From a virus (lineage: Duplodnaviria; Heunggongvirae; Uroviricota; Caudoviricetes), in the IMG/VR virus record IMGVR_UViG_3300025087_000051: a stretch of 64,000 nucleotides of DNA; one strand, given 5' to 3'. Both the position numbers and the translations under genes were made by a program. A model generated the notes under the pieces. The model was not told where the DNA came from. It made no database searches and worked only from the letters and a program-made list of their open reading frames with translations. Below are positions 56,160-64,000 of the stretch, one piece after another. Numbering within the stretch: position 1 is the stretch's first letter; each line of letters opens with the position of its first letter.

Positions 56160-56578
56160 TATTGAAAAAACTAAAAGGAAAAATAATAAAATTGGTGTTG
56201 GTTAGCTTTGTGTGTTTGAATACTTATTCCTCATTTGCTCTTAATGAAATTACAGAAAAAAAATATAAAACATTCGATGGAAAAATATTTAATAAGAAGG
56301 AAGACGCCCTGCTCCATGAAAAAATCCAGAAAAATGTCAACCTGCTTATGGAAATATTCAAAGAGGATACAGAAGCCGCTCTACAGCAAAAAGAACACGA
56401 TATGGATCACGACTTGAGATTGTATCTCTGGGGACACCGTCCTTATCGCTTAGACGAATACGAAGAAGAATATAGAAGTCATTTCTATAAATATTTTAAA
56501 ATATTAGAAGAAAAAGGAATCGAAATAGAAATCACACTTAAAAAAGATTATGGAACTTTTACAGTAAATAAAAAATAA
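56156..56578 (+). CDS. secreted hypothetical protein
   Basis: Met at 56156 followed by signal-like LVLVSFVCLNTYSSFA. Confidence 0.4.
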   Translation: MILKKLKGKIIKLVLVSFVCLNTYSSFALNEITEKKYKTFDGKIFNKKEDALLHEKIQKNVNLLMEIFKEDTEAALQQKEHDMDHDLRLYLWGHRPYRLDEYEEEYRSHFYKYFKILEEKGIEIEITLKKDYGTFTVNKK

Positions 56579-56601
56579 AACAAGAAATAGGAGAAAATAA
56601 T

Positions 56602-56823
56602 ATGATATTAAACGAATCGAGTATGTTAAAAAACTTTAAAGGCAAAACGAGAAATATGAAAAATATATTGGATTGTCTTTATGTTGATATATGTACTGCA
56701 ACACCGTCACCGAATGATATTCACGATCTAGACAAAGAAAAGAAAGAACTGTTAAGACGTATCAAAAAATTAGAAAAAGAAATTTTATCTTTAAAAAATA
56801 AAAAAATCAAACGAAACATCTAG
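56602..56823 (+). CDS. coiled-coil small protein
   Basis: AGGAGAA RBS; followed by CGCAG-GTTTT-CTGCG hairpin. Confidence 0.35.
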   Translation: MILNESSMLKNFKGKTRNMKNILDCLYVDICTATPSPNDIHDLDKEKKELLRRIKKLEKEILSLKNKKIKRNI

Positions 56824-56930
56824 TCTAAGTGTTTCGTTATCGATCCGCAGCGTTTTTCCCGTATCGCAGGTTTTCTGCGGGTCGAAACTTTAGAAATTTA
56901 ATCTAAAAAAATTCACTACATCAATATATT

Positions 56931-58868
56931 ATGAATTACGATAATTTTCTTACTCATAAAAAACAGCAAGGATCTAATCATGGATTTGATCCTACATTTG
57001 TTCCAGATTATTTGTTTGATTTTCAAAAAAGTTTGGTTGAATGGGCTGTAAATAAGGGTCGTAGTGCTATATTTTCTGATTGCGGCACAGGAAAAACTAT
57101 TATGGAGCTTGTGTGGGCATACAACATAGTAAGAAAAACAAACAAAAATGTATTGATATTATCACCGCTGGCCGTCTCTTGGCAAACCGCAAAAGAAGCG
57201 GAAAAATTTGGAATTGAATGTAAGGTATCAAGGGATGGTAAAATTAACAGCAAAATAACAATTACCAATTATGAACAATTACATAAGTTTGAACCGTCTG
57301 ATTTTGTCGGTATTGTATGTGATGAGAGTGGAATATTAAAATCGTTTAAAGGTGCATTAAGAAAAGAAATAACAATATTCATGCGTAAAATTGAATATAG
57401 ATTATTAGCTACGGCAACGCCAGCTCCGAACGATTATATTGAATTGGGAACTTCGTCTGAAGCCTTGGGATATCTAGGTGCAATGGATATGTTAAATAAA
57501 TTTTTCAAAAACGATCAACACAATAGCAAAGTGGGAAGATATAGAGGACAAGAAGTTAAATGGAGATTGAAAGGTCATGCAGAATTACCTTTTTGGAGAT
57601 GGATATGTTCTTGGGCTAAAGCAATGAGAAAACCATCTGATTTAGGTTTTGACGATAATGGATTTATATTGCCAGAATTAATAATTAATCAAACCGTTGT
57701 AAAATCTAATAGTCTTCCTAAGGGTAAATTATTTTCTATGCCAGCGATAACACTACAAGAACAAAGAGAAGAAAGAAGAAGAACTATAATGGAAAGATGT
57801 GAGATGGTCGCCAGCAAGGTCAATACTGGTAAACAAGCATTGGTTTGGTGTCATTTAAACGACGAAGGAGACTTGTTAGAAGCACTTATTCCTAATTCAA
57901 TACAAGTAAAAGGGTCTGATTCTGTTGAATGGAAAGAAGCAGCGGCTGAATGGTTCGTTGGAAATAAATGTATTTGCAATGATAATATGTTTCGTGCTAA
58001 ACTTTTAGCATGGAAAAGAGAAAAACAAATCTTGAATACCATCGCCGATACTATCAAGAACATCGAGAGGAACGATTGCGTCAATCCATCGAATACCAGC
58101 GAGCACATAAAGTTGAACGAAAATCTTATCTATCAGAATATTACAAACACAACAGGGGGAAATGGGTGCGGACACAAAAACAAAAGGATGAAAGAAATAG
58201 AAGACGACGAGAGCGATATGCAAATGACGAAAAATTTCGTCTCGCTAAAATTGAAGAATCAAAAGAAACAAGAAGAAAAAACCCAGACACTCGGCTCAAA
58301 TATTGTCTTAAAAAATATGGTGTGTCCATCGAAGAATATCGAAAACTTGAATCAAAAGGATGCGCAATCTGCGGAAGAAAAGAAAACGGAGATATTCGAG
58401 GACACCGATTCCACATCGATCACTCCCACGATACTGGAAAATTCAGAGGGGTACTGTGTACAGGATGCAATCAAGGACTCGGAAAGTTTGGTGACGACCC
58501 TAAACGGCTCGAAAATGCCGCCATGTATCTGCGGGCATAAGACAGGACGTCGCATCCTCATAAGCAAGCCTGTCATGTTTGGGTATGGCTTAAATTTCCA
58601 ATGCTGTAATTATATGGTTTTATTCCCTTCCCATAGTTACGAACAATATTATCAAGTAATCCGCCGGTGTTGGCGTTTCGGACAAAAAAATCCAGTAACA
58701 GTAGATATTATAACAACGGAAGGGGAGTCAAGAATTATAAACAATTTACAAAGAAAATCTAAACAAGCTGATGAAATGTTTGAAAGATTAATTAGCGAAA
58801 TGAATCATGTGTTAAATATAAATCGAATGGAAGAATATTCACAAAAAATAATACTTCCTAATTTCTAA
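56931..58868 (+). CDS. SNF2-family helicase carrying an in-frame 555-nt insertion that encodes an HNH endonuclease in another frame
   Basis: motif I SDCGTGKT, II CDESG, III LLATATPAPND, V RILISKPVMFGYGLNF, VI QVIRRCWRFGQ; middle 185 codons low-complexity. Confidence 0.7.
   Translation: MNYDNFLTHKKQQGSNHGFDPTFVPDYLFDFQKSLVEWAVNKGRSAIFSDCGTGKTIMELVWAYNIVRKTNKNVLILSPLAVSWQTAKEAEKFGIECKVSRDGKINSKITITNYEQLHKFEPSDFVGIVCDESGILKSFKGALRKEITIFMRKIEYRLLATATPAPNDYIELGTSSEALGYLGAMDMLNKFFKNDQHNSKVGRYRGQEVKWRLKGHAELPFWRWICSWAKAMRKPSDLGFDDNGFILPELIINQTVVKSNSLPKGKLFSMPAITLQEQREERRRTIMERCEMVASKVNTGKQALVWCHLNDEGDLLEALIPNSIQVKGSDSVEWKEAAAEWFVGNKCICNDNMFRAKLLAWKREKQILNTIADTIKNIERNDCVNPSNTSEHIKLNENLIYQNITNTTGGNGCGHKNKRMKEIEDDESDMQMTKNFVSLKLKNQKKQEEKTQTLGSNIVLKNMVCPSKNIENLNQKDAQSAEEKKTEIFEDTDSTSITPTILENSEGYCVQDAIKDSESLVTTLNGSKMPPCICGHKTGRRILISKPVMFGYGLNFQCCNYMVLFPSHSYEQYYQVIRRCWRFGQKNPVTVDIITTEGESRIINNLQRKSKQADEMFERLISEMNHVLNINRMEEYSQKIILPNF
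57978..58532 (+). mobile_element. inserted segment carrying HNH gene, bounded by 9-bp direct repeat TGTATTTGC / TGTATCTGC
   Basis: 555 nt (3 x 185) purine-rich, GC-richer than flanks; removal restores ...GNKCIC-GHKTGRRILIS... SNF2 motif IV-V spacing. Confidence 0.6.
58010..58540 (+). CDS. HNH homing-type endonuclease
   Basis: CAICGRKENGDIRGHRFHIDHSHDTGKFRGVLCTGCNQGLGKF. Confidence 0.75.
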   Translation: MEKRKTNLEYHRRYYQEHREERLRQSIEYQRAHKVERKSYLSEYYKHNRGKWVRTQKQKDERNRRRRERYANDEKFRLAKIEESKETRRKNPDTRLKYCLKKYGVSIEEYRKLESKGCAICGRKENGDIRGHRFHIDHSHDTGKFRGVLCTGCNQGLGKFGDDPKRLENAAMYLRA

Positions 58869-58889
58869 ACAATAGAGGAGGTCAGGATC

Positions 58890-59903
58890 GTGACAGTTAA
58901 AGATCAGGTAATAACAAGTAATTATGCAATATACAATGGAGATGCTGTAGAAGTATTAAAAACACTACAAAGCAATTCTATTCACTTCTCTGTATACTCT
59001 CCTCCGTTTGCTACTGGCGGTGGCGGGCTTTATACTTATTCAAGCCACGAAAGAGACCTTTCTAATTGCGATAGTTACGAACAATTTTTTGAACATTACG
59101 CTTTTGTCGTAGAAGAAATAGCAAGATTAACATTACCTGGAAGATGTTCTGTCGTGCATTGTATGGATGTGCCGAAAAGTAATTCCGGTAATGATCTATT
59201 GAGGGATTTTCCAGGAGATATAATCAGATTACACGAAAAATATGGATTTGGATATGCGGCAAGACACTGTATTTGGAAAGAACCATTAGGGGTAAGATTG
59301 AGAACTATGCAAAAAAATTTAGCGCACAAAACATTAGTAGAAGATTCTATTGCATGTGGAGTGGCATCTGCTGACTACTTGTTAGTTTTTACGAAAAAAG
59401 GCAAGAATCAAATACCCATATCTCACCCAACCGGATTAAGTAATTATGCTGGAGAAAAGCCAATACCTTCCAACATATTACAATACAAGGGATATACTGG
59501 TAAACAGACAGAAAATTCATACTCGCATTGGATGTGGCGACAATACGCTTCTTCTATGTGGGACGATATAAGACTTGAAAGAACATTGCCATATAAAGAA
59601 GCAAGAGACAGCGAAGACGAAAAACACGTACATCCATTACAATTAGATGTTATTGAAAGATGCGTTGTTTTAAGGTCTAATATAGACGAAGTCGTGTTGA
59701 CACCATTTATGGGAGTTGGAAGCGAATGTTATGGTGCTATTATTAATGGCAGAAAAGCCATAGGAATCGAATTGAAACCATCTTATTACAGACAAGCCGT
59801 TAAAAATATGGAATTAGCTAAAAACGAAAAAACATTACAGAAAAAACTATTCAACGAAAACAATACCTTACTATCATTGATGAGTGAGGAAAAATCGGAA
59901 TAA
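58890..59903 (+). CDS. beta-class N6-adenine/N4-cytosine DNA methyltransferase
   Basis: motif IV SPPF (FSVYSPPFATGG) N-terminal, motif I FMGVGSE C-terminal; GAGGAGG RBS. Confidence 0.8.
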   Translation: MTVKDQVITSNYAIYNGDAVEVLKTLQSNSIHFSVYSPPFATGGGGLYTYSSHERDLSNCDSYEQFFEHYAFVVEEIARLTLPGRCSVVHCMDVPKSNSGNDLLRDFPGDIIRLHEKYGFGYAARHCIWKEPLGVRLRTMQKNLAHKTLVEDSIACGVASADYLLVFTKKGKNQIPISHPTGLSNYAGEKPIPSNILQYKGYTGKQTENSYSHWMWRQYASSMWDDIRLERTLPYKEARDSEDEKHVHPLQLDVIERCVVLRSNIDEVVLTPFMGVGSECYGAIINGRKAIGIELKPSYYRQAVKNMELAKNEKTLQKKLFNENNTLLSLMSEEKSE

Positions 59904-59905
59904 TA

Positions 59906-62611
59906 ATGGAAATCTCGAACAAAATCCCATTTTCTAATCCTAAATTTAAAAAAGGATTAACACCGCTACAGCACAAAACCGTCACGGACGTGCTATCAAG
60001 CAGAAAAACAATAACGATGATTAATGCTCCCACCGGATTCGGGAAGACTCCGACAGCTATGACCCTTGCCCACCATATAAACTACCCGAACCAATCTCTA
60101 TATCTTTGTAGTTCTAAAATTTTACAAGATCAATTGGCTGGGGATTTTACAGAAGCGTATCAATTAAAAGGGCGGGGAAATTATCCGTGCACACTTCTAC
60201 CCACCTATAATGCAGACCGATGCTTCCAACAATGCGATGAATATAAGTGCGGTGAAATTTCATGCGCTTATGAAGATGCGAAAAAAGAAGCCTTATCATC
60301 AACTTTTACCATTCTCAACATGCACTATTACGAGACCGAAACGAATTTTGTCGGTAGATTTTCAAAGCGTAAAACCGTAATAATTGACGAGGCAGATGTA
60401 TTAGAAGATATTTTGATAGATTTTATCGCACTAGACGTCCATCCGAAAACATTGGAAAAATTCAAGCTGGATCAGCCCAAATATGTGACTAAGTTAGATT
60501 CATGGAAGGAATGGGCGGATAAAACATTAAAAATATTAGAAGAAAAAGTTAAAAAGCTAAGAGCCGCCGAAGACCACTTGGATAGAGAATCAAAATTAGA
60601 ACTAAGTAAATTGTTGAGAATGTGTCTGAAATTAAATATGCTAAAAAACGATATAACGGAAGAGTGGATATTCGACCATGCCGAAAAATTTCGCTTTCAA
60701 CCTCTCTGGCTAGACACAAAACTTACCCAACAATATTTACTCAAACATGCGGAAAGATTCGTTATGATGTCTGCGACCATGCTCCCGAAAGTTATAGCGT
60801 GTAAATTATTGGGATTAGATATTAACGATGTGGATTATCACGAGATAGATTCACCTATACCCGTAGCGAATCGTCCCATTGTTTATAAGCCAATTAAAAA
60901 GCTAAAATACGGTGAATCAGAAGAAGATGTTTATAATGAAATTAAAAGATTGATAGAAGGGTACAAAGGAATTAAAGGGATTATTCATGCTGTGAGCTAT
61001 ACCCGTGCAAAGGCAATAGCAGGACTGGACAAGCGTTGCATCACTCATAATACCTACGATAAAAACGAAAAAATAAAACAATTCATAGACTCAAAAGATG
61101 GGATATTGGTAAGCCCATCGTGTGATCGTGGACTTGACCTGCACGGCGATCTAGCAAGATTCTGTATAATTCCAAAAGTTCCGTTCCCGAACACAACGGA
61201 CAAGGTGGTCTCCAAGCGTTTGTACAGCTCTCCCTTTGGTAGGGTATGGTACAGGGCTGTAACGGCGCAAACCATTGTTCAGATGGCGGGGCGTACTACT
61301 CGATGTTTTAGCACAGACACAGAAATCTTAACGATACATGGATGGAAAAAATACAACGAAGTAAATATGCACGATAAAACTTATTGTATTGATCAGAAAT
61401 CTTTTAACAATAAAACTAAACGTCCAGTTATGGAGGGTTCTTCGATATTAGTAGAAGGAGAAATAGAGGATGTCTATACATCAGATAAAGAAGAAAAAGT
61501 TATTAATATTAAAAATCAAAACATTGATGCTTTAGTTACTCAAGACCACGACATGATTGTTCAAATGAGAAAACAGAAAACTTATAGGGGGAAGTATAAA
61601 AAACCTTATGGAGTTTATGATTGGAAATACTGTCATCGTACAAATAGTCATGGATTAGAAAAAATAAAAGCATCTAAATTACCAGACAGATTTAAAATAC
61701 CACTAGCAGGAAAAATTATACGCAAAAACAAATCTCGTGCTAAAAAAGAATGGTTCTGGCTGATAGGTTTCATAATAGGGGATGGACATATTCATAAAAA
61801 CAAAAACGTCGTAACAATACATCAATCGGAAACCAACATAGACTTAATAGAAAAAATCAGAAAAGTTCTTGGTATACTTAAAATAGAATATTCAGAATAC
61901 AGACGACAAGTAAAAGGAACAAAAATAAATTTAAACGATAAGGAGTATTCAAGAAAAGAAGATATGATAAATTTTCAAATAACGGGTAAGTCTTCTTCGA
62001 TGATTAGGGATATGTTTAATAATGGCAAAAGAAGAAGGTATTCAAAAACAGTAACATACGTACAAAGAACTCACTTTTCTTTTAGTAAAAAAATAGGGGG
62101 AAAGCATAAAATAGATGGGTGGAAAGAAGTGGAAAAAATCATACCAAGATGGTGTCTGGAGAAGGGGTCGAAATCCCAACTTATTAAATTAATTCATGGT
62201 TTGGTTGACAGCGACGGAAGCTGGAAAAAAACTAATGGTAAATATAATAAAAACGTTGGAGGTTTTTACAACAAAAATAAAATCATAATAGATGCTTTTC
62301 AGGAGTTGTGCGTATTGACAGGATATAGAAGTTTGATTCGTAACAGAAGGAATCAATACGAAGTTTCCTTTTGTTGTCCCTCCATGATTGACTGTACGAA
62401 AAATAATGATGTAAAAGACGGAGGGATGTCTAAGGTGTGGTGTGTTAAAACAAATCATGGAAATGTTATAATGAGGAGAAATGGTAAACCTTTTTTGTGT
62501 GGAAACAGTGCCAGCGACTTTTCCACTGTTCATATACTGGACGCTGCTTTTGATTCGGTCGTAGAATTTGTCCCGAAATGGTTTCGAGATGCAATCAAGG
62601 TTGAATTTTAG
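59906..62611 (+). CDS. DinG/Rad3(XPD)-family FeS helicase interrupted by a LAGLIDADG intein in motif VI
   Basis: motif I NAPTGFGKT, four-Cys FeS cluster, DEAD box, motif VI QMAGRTTR | intein | SASDFSTVHILDAAF. Confidence 0.8.
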   Translation: MEISNKIPFSNPKFKKGLTPLQHKTVTDVLSSRKTITMINAPTGFGKTPTAMTLAHHINYPNQSLYLCSSKILQDQLAGDFTEAYQLKGRGNYPCTLLPTYNADRCFQQCDEYKCGEISCAYEDAKKEALSSTFTILNMHYYETETNFVGRFSKRKTVIIDEADVLEDILIDFIALDVHPKTLEKFKLDQPKYVTKLDSWKEWADKTLKILEEKVKKLRAAEDHLDRESKLELSKLLRMCLKLNMLKNDITEEWIFDHAEKFRFQPLWLDTKLTQQYLLKHAERFVMMSATMLPKVIACKLLGLDINDVDYHEIDSPIPVANRPIVYKPIKKLKYGESEEDVYNEIKRLIEGYKGIKGIIHAVSYTRAKAIAGLDKRCITHNTYDKNEKIKQFIDSKDGILVSPSCDRGLDLHGDLARFCIIPKVPFPNTTDKVVSKRLYSSPFGRVWYRAVTAQTIVQMAGRTTRCFSTDTEILTIHGWKKYNEVNMHDKTYCIDQKSFNNKTKRPVMEGSSILVEGEIEDVYTSDKEEKVINIKNQNIDALVTQDHDMIVQMRKQKTYRGKYKKPYGVYDWKYCHRTNSHGLEKIKASKLPDRFKIPLAGKIIRKNKSRAKKEWFWLIGFIIGDGHIHKNKNVVTIHQSETNIDLIEKIRKVLGILKIEYSEYRRQVKGTKINLNDKEYSRKEDMINFQITGKSSSMIRDMFNNGKRRRYSKTVTYVQRTHFSFSKKIGGKHKIDGWKEVEKIIPRWCLEKGSKSQLIKLIHGLVDSDGSWKKTNGKYNKNVGGFYNKNKIIIDAFQELCVLTGYRSLIRNRRNQYEVSFCCPSMIDCTKNNDVKDGGMSKVWCVKTNHGNVIMRRNGKPFLCGNSASDFSTVHILDAAFDSVVEFVPKWFRDAIKVEF
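61304..62506 (+). other. intein (401 aa) with LAGLIDADG homing endonuclease
   Basis: begins CFSTDTEILT; LIGFIIGDGHI and LVDSDGSW motifs; ends NGKPFLCGN then +1 Ser. Confidence 0.75.
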
Positions 62612-62628
62612 AAAAAAAGGATAAGGAT

Positions 62629-62820
62629 ATGTGCAATAACAAATGTCCAAATTGTGGAAGCAATATGATAGAAAAACCACCAGTAATGATTTATTCAGCC
62701 AATCCACAACAATACGATTCTGTAATGTGGTGTGGTTGTGGCTATTCTGAAAATCGAGGCAGGGTTTTTAGCAAGGCAGAAGATGAACAATTATATGATT
62801 TGTGGAAAAAAGCAAATTAA
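62629..62820 (+). CDS. zinc-ribbon protein
   Basis: CNNKCPNCG ... CGCG. Confidence 0.35.
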   Translation: MCNNKCPNCGSNMIEKPPVMIYSANPQQYDSVMWCGCGYSENRGRVFSKAEDEQLYDLWKKAN

Positions 62821-63056
62821 CAAAAAACATGGATAGCCTTGAGATAAAAAGAGGGGAGTGGTTGTTTCTTGATGCTGTTTATAACATAAATTCTCATTAT
62901 ATCGAGGGCGGCTGGGACAAAATTATGGAGAAATTTCCAGAAGAAATCAAATGCTTGGATGAAAGATTAAATCAGTATTGGAATCAGAAAGTTATTACAG
63001 AATGGAAGAATGGAATTAAAGAATATTTGATCGAAGTTAATTACTGGAAGGAGTAG
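62802..63056 (+). CDS. hypothetical protein
   Basis: 84-aa ORF. Confidence 0.35.
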   Translation: MEKSKLTKNMDSLEIKRGEWLFLDAVYNINSHYIEGGWDKIMEKFPEEIKCLDERLNQYWNQKVITEWKNGIKEYLIEVNYWKE

Positions 63057-63063
63057 TCTGGAA

Positions 63064-63933
63064 ATGGGATATTTACATATAGAAAATTTATATAAAAACA
63101 AAGATATATTACTTTTTAAAGAATGTTATGCTTTGGAAAAAATACATGGATGTTCCGCCCATATTCAATGGAAAGATAAATTAATTACTTATTTTCCTGG
63201 CGGTATCAAACTGGAATCTTTTGTCAAAATTTTTAATAATGATTTTTTAAAAAGTAAATTTTCAGAATTAGCTATTAACGATATAATCATTTACGGAGAA
63301 GTTTATGGTGGTGCTTGCCAAAAAATGAGCGATGTTTATGGTAAAAATTTAAAATTTATAGCTTTTGATGTAAAAATAGAAGATGTTTGGCTGTGTGTTC
63401 CCGATGCTTTCGATATTTGTTCTCAATTTAATATAGAATTTGTTCATTACGAAAAAGTTAAAACTGAAATTGAAATATTAGATAAATTGGCAAATGATTA
63501 TTCCATACAATCTATTCGTAACGGCATAAAAGAACCGAAAAAAAGAGAAGGTATTGTGCTGAGACCTCTTGTTGAACTTATCAAAAACAACGGAAGCCGT
63601 ATAATTTCAAAACACAAAAATGATACATTTAAAGAAAGAGAACATTTACCGAAAATTAGTGAAGAATCTCTTAAAATTTACGAAGAAGCGCAATCCGCCG
63701 TTAATGAATTTGTTACAGAGATGAGACTTTCTCATATTTTGGGGAAATTAACTGAATGTAATATCGAAGATGCGGGAATGATAATAAAATTTATGATCGA
63801 AGATGTTTTCAGAGAAGCAAAGGGAGAAATTATAGAAAATACTGAAATTAAAAAATTAATAGGCAAAAAAACTGCAATAATGTTTAAGCAAAGAATAGTT
63901 GATAAGTTAAAAACAGGATCAAAGAATATTTAG
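63064..63933 (+). CDS. Rnl2-like ATP-dependent RNA/DNA ligase (nucleotidyltransferase)
   Basis: motif I EKIHGCSA (KxHG as in T4 Rnl2 KIHGTN); GEVYGG; EGIVLRP. Confidence 0.55.
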   Translation: MGYLHIENLYKNKDILLFKECYALEKIHGCSAHIQWKDKLITYFPGGIKLESFVKIFNNDFLKSKFSELAINDIIIYGEVYGGACQKMSDVYGKNLKFIAFDVKIEDVWLCVPDAFDICSQFNIEFVHYEKVKTEIEILDKLANDYSIQSIRNGIKEPKKREGIVLRPLVELIKNNGSRIISKHKNDTFKEREHLPKISEESLKIYEEAQSAVNEFVTEMRLSHILGKLTECNIEDAGMIIKFMIEDVFREAKGEIIENTEIKKLIGKKTAIMFKQRIVDKLKTGSKNI

Positions 63934-64000
63934 TAGAAGTTGATTATTGGAGGGAATGAATAATGGGCATTGAAATTTTATCAATTATATTTTTGACTTG

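Noticed and set aside
57978-58532. Intein or group I intron explanation for the HNH insert in the SNF2 gene
   Set aside because: No intein splicing blocks and the HNH is in a different frame. Nearly the whole insert is occupied by the HNH ORF, leaving no room for a ribozyme core.
56931-58868. 645-aa ORF as a single native protein
   Set aside because: Central 185 codons are compositionally foreign junk in the host frame while encoding HNH in the +2 frame; annotated as interrupted SNF2 gene.
1-64000. tRNA / rRNA genes
   Set aside because: Scanning the GC-rich islands by eye found no cloverleaf with a GTTCRANYC T-loop and no rRNA-like stretch. A proper tRNAscan run is still advisable.

Overview
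This is an AT-rich (roughly one-third GC) 64-kb segment that reads like part of a large temperate phage or integrative element. It holds about 110 short-to-medium ORFs, packed almost exclusively on the + strand; the only clear minus-strand gene is a TnpB. Layout, left to right: (1) 0.5-9 kb, a cluster of six consecutive signal-peptide proteins (two paralogs, one glycine-rich, one pectate-lyase-like beta-helix), probably virion surface/adsorption or secreted proteins. (2) 9.5-10.7 kb, an IS200/IS605-type TnpB element. (3) 11-25 kb, many small ORFs including an AbiEii/AbiEi pair, a 3D-domain peptidoglycan hydrolase, a permuted papain-like peptidase and a metzincin. (4) 24.5-29 kb, a regulatory/integration region: duplicated promoter-operator module, RHH protein, tyrosine integrase, DnaA-box pair, GATAGATAG iteron-like repeats, a small protein with a RAMP/Cas6-like glycine-rich loop, and a 360-bp C-depleted GT-rich degenerate repeat tract. 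(5) 35-36.3 kb, a second TnpB preceded by a translationally coupled RHH micro-ORF and a consensus sigma70 promoter. (6) 37-64 kb, a replication/recombination/nucleotide-metabolism module: SPFH protein, Cas4-like nuclease, Sak4-like ATPase, ERCC4 nuclease, HNH endonucleases, ThyX carrying an HNH intein, an SMC/SbcC-like ATPase, macro-domain + DnaJ-type zinc-finger + radical-SAM trio, a tandem repeat/iteron array, an SNF2 helicase carrying an in-frame 555-bp HNH-gene insertion, a beta-class DNA methyltransferase, a DinG/Rad3 helicase carrying a LAGLIDADG intein in motif VI, and an Rnl2-like ligase. Superimposed on this is a four-copy family of ~110-nt GC-rich structured intergenic elements (two per strand) with covarying hairpins. 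No canonical CRISPR array, rRNA or convincing tRNA was seen. All functional calls come from motifs read by eye, not from searches.
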